Of a stretch of DNA of 64,000 nt, positions 37,845-48,400 are shown one piece after another. Made by a program: the position numbers and the translations under genes. The DNA is from Thermoplasmata archaeon (GTDB lineage Archaea; Thermoplasmatota; Thermoplasmata; GCA-020350865). The notes under the pieces are model-generated. The model saw nothing but the letters and a program-made list of their open reading frames with translations, searched no databases and was not told the DNA's origin. The stretch spans positions 532,903 to 596,902 of the forward strand of contig CP070751.1 in NCBI GenBank assembly GCA_020348445.1, given 5' to 3'. The first letter of the stretch is position 1, and the number at the start of each line of letters is the position of its first letter.

Positions 37845-39488
37845 ATGCAGAAAGAGATTAAGGCCCATCGGGGGACGCAGATTTCATGCAAAGGCTGGAG
37901 GCAGGAAGCATTTCTAAGAATGCTGCAGAATAATCTGGAGAATGCAGAAAAACCTCAGGAGCTCATCGTCTACGGGGGAACTGGCAAGGCAGCTCGAAAC
38001 TGGGAATGTTACGAGAAGATAGAAGAGAGCCTTAAGAATCTTGAGAAGGATGAAACTCTCCTTGTTCAATCAGGAAAACCAGTAGGAGTCTTCAAGACCT
38101 TTGAAAATTCTCCCAGGGTGCTTATCGCAAACTCAAATCTCGTACCTGCATGGTCAAACTGGGAGATTTTCAACGACCTTGAAAAACAGGGTTTGATGAT
38201 GTACGGCCAGATGACAGCAGGCTCATGGTGCTATATCGGAACCCAGGGAATAATCCAAGGCACCTACGAGACCTTTGCGGCAGTTGCAAAAAAACATTTT
38301 GGTGGTTCATTAAAAGGAAAGTTCGTTTTATCAGGTGGATTAGGTGGAATGGGGGGTGCTCAGCCCTTGGCAATTACCATGAATTTCGGCGTGGCCTTGG
38401 TGGTGGAGGTTGATAAGAATAGAATAGAAAGGAGATTGAAAGCAGGCTTCTGTCACGAGATGGTAGGAGACTTGAATGAGGCCTTGGAGATTGTCAGCAA
38501 TGCTAAAGAGGAAGGGGAGCCTAAATCTGTTGGCCTTATTGGAAATACCGCCGATATTCATACAGAACTGGTAAAACGGGGTATCGTACCTGATGTTGTG
38601 ACAGACCAGACGTCCGCCCATGACGAGCTCAACGGGTACGTCCCTGGGGGTATGAGTTTTGAGGAGGCCCTTGAACTGAGAAAAAATGACCCAAAGAAAT
38701 ATATAAATCTCTCTTTCGAGAGTATGGCAAGGCATGTCAAGGCGATTTTGGAATTCCAAAAAAAAGGAGCTATTGCATTTGACTATGGAAACAATCTGCG
38801 GGGACAGGCAGAGAAGGCAGGTGTAAAAAATGCTTTTGATTATCCCGGCTTTGTACTGGAGTACATCAGGCCAATGTTCTGTGAGGGAAGGGGACCTTTT
38901 AGATGGCTTGCACTTTCTGGAGAGCCCGAAGACATATTGAAAACCGATGAAATTGTTATTAAAGAATTCCCAGAGAACCAGCAGCTAATAAACTGGATTA
39001 AATTGGCTGAAAAGCATCTGCCTTGGGAAGGCCTGCCGGCAAGGGTTTGCTGGCTGGGATATGGAGAAAGAGCGCATTTTGCAAAGATCATAAACAGCAT
39101 GGTGGGTTCTGGAGAGCTCTCGGGACCCATTGCCATAACCAGGGATCATCTTGACTGCGGTTCAGTTGCCTCACCTAATAGAGAAACCGAAGATATGAAG
39201 GACGGCACAGATGCAGTTGCCGATTGGCCCCTTCTCAATGCACTTTTAAATTGCGCGGCAGGAGCTGATTCTATTTCAGTCCACAACGGTGGTGGAGTGG
39301 GAATCGGTCTTTCCACACATGCGGGGATGGTTGTTGTGGCAGATGGATCCAAAGAGGCAGAAGAGAGAATCGAGAGGGTATTTACAACTGATCCAGGTAT
39401 TGGCATAGTGAGGCATGCGGATGCTGGATACGATAAGGCAGTGGAGATTGCAAAAAAAAGTGGAATTAAGATGCCTATGTTACCATAA
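37845..39488 (+). CDS. hutU: Urocanate hydratase
   Basis: [48 protein letters not shown] and HNGGGVGIG motifs. Confidence 0.97.
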   Translation: MQKEIKAHRGTQISCKGWRQEAFLRMLQNNLENAEKPQELIVYGGTGKAARNWECYEKIEESLKNLEKDETLLVQSGKPVGVFKTFENSPRVLIANSNLVPAWSNWEIFNDLEKQGLMMYGQMTAGSWCYIGTQGIIQGTYETFAAVAKKHFGGSLKGKFVLSGGLGGMGGAQPLAITMNFGVALVVEVDKNRIERRLKAGFCHEMVGDLNEALEIVSNAKEEGEPKSVGLIGNTADIHTELVKRGIVPDVVTDQTSAHDELNGYVPGGMSFEEALELRKNDPKKYINLSFESMARHVKAILEFQKKGAIAFDYGNNLRGQAEKAGVKNAFDYPGFVLEYIRPMFCEGRGPFRWLALSGEPEDILKTDEIVIKEFPENQQLINWIKLAEKHLPWEGLPARVCWLGYGERAHFAKIINSMVGSGELSGPIAITRDHLDCGSVASPNRETEDMKDGTDAVADWPLLNALLNCAAGADSISVHNGGGVGIGLSTHAGMVVVADGSKEAEERIERVFTTDPGIGIVRHADAGYDKAVEIAKKSGIKMPMLP

Positions 39489-39549
39489 AAATAGAGGAAT
39501 ATAATGCACGGGATCAGGGTCTTGCACAATTTATTTTGGAGGAGCAATC

Positions 39550-40308
39550 TTGACATCTGAAAATGAAAAAGATGAACAAAGATTGTACCATGACCTTGCT
39601 TGGGTATGGCCAATTATCAGCCCTCCTGAGGATTACATCGAAGAGGCTGAGCTTATTGCAAAGAGTATTTTGAAGGCCTCGAAAATTCCTGTAAAAACAC
39701 TTCTTAACCTCGGTTGCGGAGGGGGACATGAGGATTATACATTGAAGAAATATTTTACTATTACAGGGGTGGATGTAAGCGAAAACATGCTTGAGATCGC
39801 AAGGAACCTGAATCCTGAAAATACCTATTGTCAAGGTGATTGGAAAACAGTTTCTTTAAATAAACTCTTTGATTCAGTTATCGCCACTTCACTAATCTAT
39901 GTGAAGAGTGAAGAGGAACTTCGCATAACCTTTCTCAATGTTATTAAACATCTGAAACCAGGGGGCGTCTTCATAACTTTTGCCGAGAAATTGAAAGGAT
40001 CTTTTCAACAAAACGATACCATTTGCTCAACTCATAAAAAGGACGATGTGGAAATCACTTTTTTAGAGAATTATTATGATCCCGATCCCTCTGGTACCAT
40101 CTTGGAGGCAACATTTATTTATCTGATTCGAAGAAATGGCAAACTTGATGTCCAAAAAGATAGTCATCTGTGCGGCATCTTTCCATTGGATACCTGGCTT
40201 GAAATTTTAAAAGAGGTGGGATTTGATGTGGAGACAAAGATAGTAAAGCTTTCAGTTGCTACAGTTAAAGAATCTTTTCCAATGTTGGTCTGTACAAAAC
40301 CTTTATGA
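39550..40308 (+). CDS. Class I SAM-dependent methyltransferase
   Basis: LNLGCGGG, GVDVSENML, QGDW and HLKPGG motifs. Confidence 0.88.
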   Translation: MTSENEKDEQRLYHDLAWVWPIISPPEDYIEEAELIAKSILKASKIPVKTLLNLGCGGGHEDYTLKKYFTITGVDVSENMLEIARNLNPENTYCQGDWKTVSLNKLFDSVIATSLIYVKSEEELRITFLNVIKHLKPGGVFITFAEKLKGSFQQNDTICSTHKKDDVEITFLENYYDPDPSGTILEATFIYLIRRNGKLDVQKDSHLCGIFPLDTWLEILKEVGFDVETKIVKLSVATVKESFPMLVCTKPL

Positions 40309-40406
40309 TGGCCTACAATGAGTACCAAAATTCCTTGTCTTATGATTTTTTAAAAAATATAAACACAACATACCAAATTTGTCGGTCCCTTTGTTGGTGA
40401 ATATCA

Positions 40407-40418
40407 TGGTTATAACCA
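40407..40418. promoter_or_regulatory. Palindrome TGGTTATAACCA followed by a TATA-like tttatata
   Basis: Read directly in the intergenic DNA upstream of the pilin gene. Confidence 0.4.
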
Positions 40419-40517
40419 CATCATTTTTATATATAGGTAGTAAAAAAACATAAAGATTGGCATGTTTTTTTTGTTAGTTTTTTTCTTTTTTATTGAATAT
40501 GATTTGGTGTAAAATCA

Positions 40518-40543
40518 GGTTATAACCACACCAGGTATAAATA
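40518..40543 (+). promoter_or_regulatory. Palindrome GGTTATAACC followed by a TATA box (tataaata)
   Basis: Second copy, 110 nt downstream of the first, sharing ggttataaccaca. Confidence 0.4.
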
Positions 40544-40613
40544 TGGTGATTGTCATAATATGCCATGATACGAGATATCAATGTTGATCTCAAAAAATCA
40601 AGAGGGTGTTAAG

Positions 40614-42269
40614 ATGGGTGAAAAGGTCAAGATAAAGAAGATATGGAATGAAGATGGTGTCACGGAAATTTACGGTGATCTGCTCATATTGGGCATAACA
40701 ATGACTCTGTTTACAGGTATTTTTCTCTTCGTGTATACGATGCCCGCACCAGAAAAAGGTGTTTCCGCGGAGTTCGATTCTGCATTCGAGTTTTGTTCCG
40801 GAGGAGGAACCATCAATGTAACCCATATGAGTGGAGAGACATTGCTTGGGGAATATACGAGAATCTTGCTAACAAAAAACTTTGATGAGGAGATCAGGAT
40901 TTTAAATACGCAAGGCTCTGATTTGGACAATCCTTTCTACGGTATCGAGGGCGATCTCAATTGGGACCCACAGGAGAGATGGAGCTATTTCTATAAAGAC
41001 ATTGTATCAAGTGATGACCTGCAGATTTCTGTAGTTGATATAAAATCGGGCGTGAACGTCATGAAATCCAATTTGTACGGCTCAGGTTTTAATTCCCCTC
41101 CCATAATCATGGAAAGAGGTTATAATCCTGTGCCTGTAATTAATGGCAGCGAGGTAGTTATAAATTCGAAAGTGTTCGATCCCAATGGTCACTATGATAT
41201 AGATTCAGTTTATTTCAATGCATCAGTATTAAATCATGAACTTGGAAATGTGGAATTGACTGATGGGGATGGAGATGGAATCTTTCAGGGAAATGCCATG
41301 ATCACAAGTGGGGGTGGTAACTACAATCTAACCATCGTTGCCCAGGATATGGAGGGTAAAATGGAGAAGAGAAGGCTTCATATCCAGGTGATGGATGCAT
41401 CAAGACCAATTGTAGAGTTCATAACAATAGAGCCAAATAGTGTGGAAGCAAAAAAGGAGTTTGCGATAAGGGCGGTTGTGGTGGACCTGGAGGATGATTT
41501 GAATTTCTCTGATATCACAATTACACCTGAGCAAATATTCTATGATAACCTCGGTACAATAGAAACATCATTATCACTGGTTGATGAAATTCCAAATGGG
41601 GGGATATTTGAAACAACGGGTTCTTCTCCTACAAACGAAAGGTTTTACAACATGACTCTTAAAGCATACGATTATTCCGGCCTTGTTACCACCAAAATAA
41701 TAAATCTTGCAGTTATTGAGGATGCGGCTTTTGGGAACGGTTCCTTCAACGACACCATATGGGCTTACCTGGGTCCCGAGAGTTTGGATTTTAAAAAATT
41801 TTATTACACTATTGACGATCCACCTACCAATTCGTCAACGTATCATCTTGCCGTATATATCCAAGAAGAGCACATAGGTGATGACTGCTTTTTACATGTC
41901 AATATCATCAATCATTACTATGAGGATGTTTACATAGACGGTAATTCAAAGATAAGGCTCCTTCAAATTGGAGGAGCAGCATCCAACAAGGATCTTGGCA
42001 TCGTGCAGAATGGATCCAGTTTTGGTGATCCTGTAGGTACAATCCCTGATGGTTCGTGGTACAGAATACATGCCCCTTCCGATGGAAATTACTTTAAGGG
42101 AGGCGATCCAGTATCGTTGGTGTTCGGACCATTTGACATGAGCTCTGCAAATGAAAATGATGTATTTGGCTCGATTTTGGTACTTACTGGAAGCTTTGGA
42201 TCGGAAAGCATAACACCTGAAGACAGGTACGGCCAGACTATACCTTTTCAGGCTATAGTGATCGCTTGA
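40614..42269 (+). CDS. Large archaeal type IV pilin-like protein (class III signal peptide) with Ig-like domains
   Basis: KKIWNEDG|VTEIYGDLLILGITMTLFTGIFLFV. GAGGGTG RBS before ATG 40614 (an alternative ATG is at 40581). Confidence 0.8.
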   Translation: MGEKVKIKKIWNEDGVTEIYGDLLILGITMTLFTGIFLFVYTMPAPEKGVSAEFDSAFEFCSGGGTINVTHMSGETLLGEYTRILLTKNFDEEIRILNTQGSDLDNPFYGIEGDLNWDPQERWSYFYKDIVSSDDLQISVVDIKSGVNVMKSNLYGSGFNSPPIIMERGYNPVPVINGSEVVINSKVFDPNGHYDIDSVYFNASVLNHELGNVELTDGDGDGIFQGNAMITSGGGNYNLTIVAQDMEGKMEKRRLHIQVMDASRPIVEFITIEPNSVEAKKEFAIRAVVVDLEDDLNFSDITITPEQIFYDNLGTIETSLSLVDEIPNGGIFETTGSSPTNERFYNMTLKAYDYSGLVTTKIINLAVIEDAAFGNGSFNDTIWAYLGPESLDFKKFYYTIDDPPTNSSTYHLAVYIQEEHIGDDCFLHVNIINHYYEDVYIDGNSKIRLLQIGGAASNKDLGIVQNGSSFGDPVGTIPDGSWYRIHAPSDGNYFKGGDPVSLVFGPFDMSSANENDVFGSILVLTGSFGSESITPEDRYGQTIPFQAIVIA

Positions 42270-42437
42270 GTATCACTTTTGAAATTTACGATTTCAAGAC
42301 AATCCAGAAGTAGAATGTACCTGTTATATACTATTGGTACATTAGCAATTATGAAAATCACCGTTAAATCCCGGTTCAAAATTATTATATATATCCCAAA
42401 TCGTTCTGAAAATTCCAATATCCTGGTGCGAGTTGAA

Positions 42438-42725
42438 ATGGCGATGAGAACCATACCAAAGGAAATAACAAGGAAATTATCAACAAAAGAAATTAAATTG
42501 GCCCGGCAGATGTATAATGTAGGCATGGAAGCAGGTGAGTACATGACCAACGTTGGTTTGGCTTGGGCTGATTTTAAAAAGAACGAAATATTGACGTTCA
42601 TAAACAGTGACCCCGAGATGGCGAATTTTTTTAATGAGGTATTTGAGAGGGGAAAATCAATGGGTGAGAGAAGGAAGCATAAAAATAGATTTTTTGACAT
42701 CTCATCTATAGGTAAAGAAAGGTGA
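42438..42725 (+). CDS. Hypothetical protein (about 95 aa)
   Basis: Helical-looking ORF from ATG 42438. Its 3' end overlaps mtaB by 24 nt. No family recognised. Confidence 0.45.
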   Translation: MAMRTIPKEITRKLSTKEIKLARQMYNVGMEAGEYMTNVGLAWADFKKNEILTFINSDPEMANFFNEVFERGKSMGERRKHKNRFFDISSIGKER

Positions 42726-43988
42726 TCTTAACAGAATCCTTCCCATAAGGTAGGTATCTCTTGCCTCTATAATCTCAATCTCAAAAAAATTACTGAGCGC
42801 AACATCATCCTCAACAACAACAGGTAAGTATGAATCTGTTCTTCCCATCATGGTTTTGTTCTTTCCCGGCTCTGTAACAAGGATCTGTTCCCTTTTTCCC
42901 ACAAATCCCTCGTTTATGTTGCGGGATATGTCAGAATGAATCTTGGTTATTGCCCTTGATCTGTCCTTCGCAATTCTGCTTGGGATCTGGTGGTCCATTT
43001 CCATTGCTATTGTTTTTGGCCTGGGGGAGAATCTAGTGATGTTTAGAATATTTGGTTTTAATTTTTCCACCAGTTGCACAGTCTTAGTAAAATCATCATC
43101 TGTTTCCCCAGGGAATCCAACTATAATATCAGTGGAAATAGTGATGTTGGGAAAGGTTTTTCTTGCCTGGTTCACAACGTAAAAAAAGTCATCTATCATG
43201 TACTTTCTTCCCATACGTTTTAATACATCTTCACTTCCACTTTGAACTGGTATATGAAGAAACTTGTAGATTCTTGAGTCCTTGTATGCATTCAATACCT
43301 CATCCAAAATCGGAATCAGATTATTTGGATTCATCATCCCGATTCTTACCCTGAAATCACCTCTTAATTTCTGGATTTCATTGAGTAAGAAAGGCAAGTT
43401 AAAATTGATGTCCAAACCGTATATTGCATTGTCCTGGGAAGTGAGCCTTATTTCCTTATTGCCTTTGGCCAGGGCTTCTTTTATTTCTTTGATAAGCACC
43501 TCAGGAGGGCGGCTTCTTAAGTCTCCCCTTGCTATCTTTGTTATGCAGTATGTGCAGCTTCCAAAGCACCCGCTGGAAATGGGTATTATGGCTTCAGTTG
43601 TTTTCTTATCATAATCTAGTGATTCAGTTGATGCTTTCCCATCAATTGGCCTTTCTTTTGAAAGCTCATCTGCAATTGCTCCTATCCTTTTTAAATCCTG
43701 AGGAACAAGAATATGGGCATCTGGATTGAGTTCCAATATCTGATCCTCTTGTACAGATGCCATACAACCTGCAACCACAACAGATTTTCTTGTCTTTGAA
43801 TATGCTCTAATTCTTTTTTTCATCTTGAGTTCTGTGGTCTCTATGACCGTACAGGTCACTAAAACCAGGGCATCTGATTGTGTAATGTCATCCACAATAA
43901 CATGACCTTTTTCTTTGAGAATACCTTCCATTTGCCTTGCTTCACCCTGGTTCATCGTGCATCCATAGGACTCAAAATAGAACCTCAT
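42702..43988 (-). CDS. mtaB: tRNA t6A methylthiotransferase (archaeal MtaB/e-MtaB)
   Basis: SYGCTMN, TCTV, AGCM, GCFGSCTYC, HIPVQSGS, DIIVGFPGET and a C-terminal TRAM domain. Confidence 0.9.
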   Translation of the reverse strand: MRFYFESYGCTMNQGEARQMEGILKEKGHVIVDDITQSDALVLVTCTVIETTELKMKKRIRAYSKTRKSVVVAGCMASVQEDQILELNPDAHILVPQDLKRIGAIADELSKERPIDGKASTESLDYDKKTTEAIIPISSGCFGSCTYCITKIARGDLRSRPPEVLIKEIKEALAKGNKEIRLTSQDNAIYGLDINFNLPFLLNEIQKLRGDFRVRIGMMNPNNLIPILDEVLNAYKDSRIYKFLHIPVQSGSEDVLKRMGRKYMIDDFFYVVNQARKTFPNITISTDIIVGFPGETDDDFTKTVQLVEKLKPNILNITRFSPRPKTIAMEMDHQIPSRIAKDRSRAITKIHSDISRNINEGFVGKREQILVTEPGKNKTMMGRTDSYLPVVVEDDVALSNFFEIEIIEARDTYLMGRILLRSPFFTYR

Positions 43989-44014
43989 TTCTTCACCTTA
44001 ACATATTATGATCT

Positions 44015-45322
44015 TCAATCGAAAAGTACCTTTTTTACAACCTTCTCCACCTTAGTCACATATCTAGGCGAAGATGAAACCATGATCTCCCAGTCATATA
44101 CCTCTCTGACCTCCAGGGCCCTTGCCAAGGGACTGAAACGGGAAAGGGGAGCCAACTTGTCGTTGTCCAGTATTTTTACGTTCGTTGCCCTGATTCTCGG
44201 CTCAGATATCTGCAGTTCCTTTTCTGGAACATCGATGATCACATATCCATTGGGTACCTGGGCCCTTCTGCAGATTTCTTCCTCTTTTTTCCTTCTTTGC
44301 TTTGGCTCCTTCAGCTCTTTTATTACCCGCATTTCAGTGTCACTGGCCTGTCCTTTGGTCAATGTGAAGGCCCTTTTAAACAGCTTCCTGAACTTGAGCA
44401 TCGAGGCGATTTCCTTCTGAAAACCTCCGTGCTCCTTCAATCTCGCCATGAGCTCGGAGTCGTTCATCTCGTGAATTTCACCAAGTGGTTCATCTAGTAA
44501 TTCCACGGCCCTTGCAAGCATGAGCTCGGCTATGCGCACTGTTTTATGGAAGTAAACCGAGGTGTACATCAGAGCACGGGCAACGAGCATCCCTTCGACT
44601 GCTGGAACCCCCCGCTTGTGAACCACAAGATCGTTGTTGAATATCTCCATAGTCTGGATCAACCTGTCTATGTCGATTGTGCCATGGGCAACCCCCGTGT
44701 AAAAAGAATCCCTTAAAAGGTAATCTATCTGATCCGCATCGATTGCACCGTGAATCATCTGGGAAATGTATCTCTTTTCGTTGAAGAATTTCTGGTTCTT
44801 GTGTGTCGGAAAATCCTCGATCTTTGTTGAACCATCGTTCGCACTGTAACCAAATATGAGGCTCGCCACATCCTCGGGATCTAGATCGTATTTCTCAAGA
44901 AGATCAGGTATGTAATCTCGATTTTTATCGGGTTCATCATCAGATAGTATCCTGCGCTTGCCCAATATGATTTCTTTTGTTATGTCCATGTGATCGGCCT
45001 GCATATCGCTGTGAACCGCGATCTCCAGTGTATGGGAATAGGGACTGTGTCCTATGTCATGGAGCATTGCAGCCGCCATTGCCAATTTTTTTTCATCTTC
45101 CAAAAGACCCAGTGAATCGGCAATTCTGCTTGCCACAAAACAGGTGCCAATTGAATGCTCCAATCGGGTGTGATTCGCGCCTGGGAAGACTAAATATGCC
45201 AATCCAAGCTGATTTATTCCGTGAAGTCTTTGTATCTCGGGAGTCTCCAGCAAATCAAGGAACAGGCCCTGGAGCTTTATGCTGCCATGAACTGTATCAT
45301 GGATGATCTTGTAATCGGGCAT
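44015..45322 (-). CDS. HD-domain phosphohydrolase (SAMHD1/dNTPase-like)
   Basis: DTVHG, QRL..I.QLG, HTRLEHS, LHDIGHSPYSH, DADQIDYLLRD and VYFH motifs. Confidence 0.92.
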   Translation of the reverse strand: MPDYKIIHDTVHGSIKLQGLFLDLLETPEIQRLHGINQLGLAYLVFPGANHTRLEHSIGTCFVASRIADSLGLLEDEKKLAMAAAMLHDIGHSPYSHTLEIAVHSDMQADHMDITKEIILGKRRILSDDEPDKNRDYIPDLLEKYDLDPEDVASLIFGYSANDGSTKIEDFPTHKNQKFFNEKRYISQMIHGAIDADQIDYLLRDSFYTGVAHGTIDIDRLIQTMEIFNNDLVVHKRGVPAVEGMLVARALMYTSVYFHKTVRIAELMLARAVELLDEPLGEIHEMNDSELMARLKEHGGFQKEIASMLKFRKLFKRAFTLTKGQASDTEMRVIKELKEPKQRRKKEEEICRRAQVPNGYVIIDVPEKELQISEPRIRATNVKILDNDKLAPLSRFSPLARALEVREVYDWEIMVSSSPRYVTKVEKVVKKVLFD

Positions 45323-45356
45323 GGGATTGGAAAAGCATAAACGTTGTATTTATGGT

Positions 45357-45388
45357 TGTCGGAGATGTAGTCTCAGGACTAGCCGACA
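45357..45388. other. Bulged hairpin just downstream of the giant protease gene
   Basis: tgtcgg...ccgaca outer stem (6 bp) and tagtc-tcag-gacta inner stem (5 bp). Confidence 0.3.
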
Positions 45389-45410
45389 TTCTTGTCACTT
45401 ATCATCCCTA

Positions 45411-48400
45411 TTATGTCACTTGTATTAATATGAAATTATGCGAAATCCAATTTTCCTCCTCACCAGGCGGCCCTACATAAACGGGCTCTCCGGTTGCGAA
45501 ATCCCAATACCAATACATATCGTCGTCGATAATCTGCAAATCCACATAGTACAAGCCAGTTTCATTCCAAACATGCGATATTGTAGGTATATCCTCATTG
45601 CAACTTCCAAGATAATCCCAATCTGTGATGGTACCGTCTCCAAAATCCCATCTATATGCAAACCATTCCGTGGGCTGGCACATAGCGGGATCAGATACTT
45701 TATATCCTTCGAAATCGTGGGGCTCGTCTACCCTTGCTGTATCAGAGGATTGACCCACTGCTGCTGGGAACTCGTTGTAAATGGTAAGCTCTTCTGTGGC
45801 ACTACCTAGACCATTTATTATGTTTATTTTTAGCTGATAGAATTTTATATTATCAATTGCCCATGTACCACCATTCTCGATTACAGCCCTGAACCTCAAA
45901 CACACATCAGAATGACCTCCAAGGAAGGAAACATCGAAAGTCATCATATCTGTGAAATCAGAGGGAGGCATCTCCCAGATCAAGTTCCAATTGGACCCTC
46001 CATCGGAACTTGCTTCAATATAGCCATTCTGTATTCCGAAACCCCAATTTTCCCATTCAGTTTCAAATTCCAATATGATCTGTTCATTAAGGTCGGTTAG
46101 ATCAAAGTGAATAGAAGACAAAATTCCGGTACTGTTGGTTATCGCCCAATAACCACCTGTTGAATCAGGATCAAGTCTCCATCCACCACTTCCACTCCAG
46201 CATGGGGGCCATTCTTCTGAAGGGAAGTCTGTCTCACAGATGATAGTTTCACATGGAACATTTCTATTGTGGTCGTCGTCTCTTACCTGCACCTCAACTT
46301 GGAAGATATCCCAAGGAGTCATGGTTTCTGGGTGGTCATCTGCATAGATATGTGTTATTGGATCCAATTGAATGGGCATATCCAATGGATTGGGAGGTGG
46401 TTGTCCTGAAGTCCATACAATCGCGTTAGCTATCAATTCTACCCAGTCGTCATCTACATGGGTAGCTATTGGGTAGAATTGAAGTGCACAGGATCTGGCA
46501 TCATTTGGAAATTCTTTTACAGCTGCAAGTACAGTACCATCTGTCCAATCTACAATCCTTATTGCACCGGGAGTAACGCTTATTGCATTATATCTGTAAA
46601 ATGCTCTTACATTTGAAACGCCCTCTAATATTGGATGGTCGACCTCGTATATAGTTCCCTTATCTGCCCAGCCAAAGTTTAAGGAGCTAAACTCCACAGC
46701 ATTGTATTGATCATCTTTGAATCTCCCTTTTATTCCAAATGGACCATTATCCAAAGCAGCACACATCGTAATCACATTACCTCCAAAATCCATATAATCA
46801 GCCAGAACATCCCCCACATCCTCTGCAACAGACATTGAAGGAGCATAGTTTGTGCCAACAATAACTACATCATAATTTAAAAGAAGTGCCAAAGTAGGTG
46901 CAGCATCATTGCCAAATGGACCGAAATCATAATCATCGATAATCCTGCAACAAGGAGGACTATTCTCTTCCAGAGTAACCTTGAAATCATCGATAATATC
47001 AGTCCATGTATGGAGTATGAGAATGTCCGCTCCTCCTGCATACTTTTGTATTGGATACCATTCTGTTGCCGTACCATCTCCGAAAATCCATCTGTATTCC
47101 CAGGTATCGCACGTACCTGGATCGATAAACGAAGCTGTAAACTCAACCTCTTCTCCTTCATAGGCAGGATTTGGAGTCATGGCAATTTCGCCTACAATGG
47201 GGGGTCTATTTGTTACCCATACATCTGCGGTATCCTCGCATATCTCAAGTAATGTCTCATTCCAACCTATATGTATATCCACCATAGGAAGGGGTGAGTC
47301 GCCAATATATATACTCGGGAACGATATGCTCCAAAAATAATATGCTCCAGTTGGCTCTACACAATGATTTGGTCCTGGATTTTCTACTGCCGGGCATTCG
47401 CGACCATAGTAGCTTATACTCACTCTGTAATATCTGCCAGCTAAAAGTGGGACATCGGGAATATCGTACCAGTTCCATTGGTCGGGAATCCCCCATGGGT
47501 ACCATACCTGGCGTAGGAGGACTCCATTATCTGTCCAAAGGCGGAGGTTGTATACGTAGTATTGGGACAAGGAATCATAATATCCAAGTTCTTTTACCCA
47601 ACAATCCTTAAATACCTCAAACCGCCATCCAACTGTTTTTATCATTGGTGTTGGCACCATGGATGTAGTCGGGTCTGCTTCACCTAACACCTTTTTCTGA
47701 ATTGTTTCCATACTGGCTGAAATCCCATCCCATGCCTGTACCACCACCTTACCATAATAGTCATCGCAGTAATGATATTGGTAATCATCAGATGTTGCCG
47801 TTGTACCTGGATGCCAAGGTGTATCCCATACCCCGTCATCGTTGAAGTCCCAACGAAACAGATACCAAATTCCTGGCTCGGGATTGACCTTATCGGCATG
47901 GAATACAATTGTGTTGCATTCATAGAGTGGATCGTCTTGTGTTCCATAGGGACCGTTTGCATCAACACATGTCGTAAGTATAAGTTTCAAAGGTGGTGCC
48001 GCTACAGCAGTGCAGTATAGTAGATCGGAATCGATATCATCTTCTGGTTGAAATGTGCTATCTCCATTGCCCCTGATATAGAAGAAAGTGCATGGTCTAC
48101 CTTGTGGTGTGATAGAATCATAAGTCTTTGTACCAACGACGTCCAAATTACCATCCTTGTCAAAGTCGTACGAATCCACGTATCCCGCACCAAGTTGATC
48201 GTATCCGGATTCGGCTGGACCTTTATCAAATACCTCAAGTGGTGGATCAAATGTCTTATCGCCATTGCCTTGATACAACCAATATTGACCAGGATCTCCA
48301 TCATCATCGCCTCCGATGATGGTGTCATAATTATAATCGTTGTCAAAATCTCCAGCAGTTATGGTGTTTACGGAATGTTCTGTCTGGAAGATATAATTCA

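Noticed and set aside
42279-42437. TTG-initiated N-terminal extension of ORF 42279-42725
   Set aside because: AT-rich, promoter/terminator-like DNA with no RBS; ATG 42438 is preferred.
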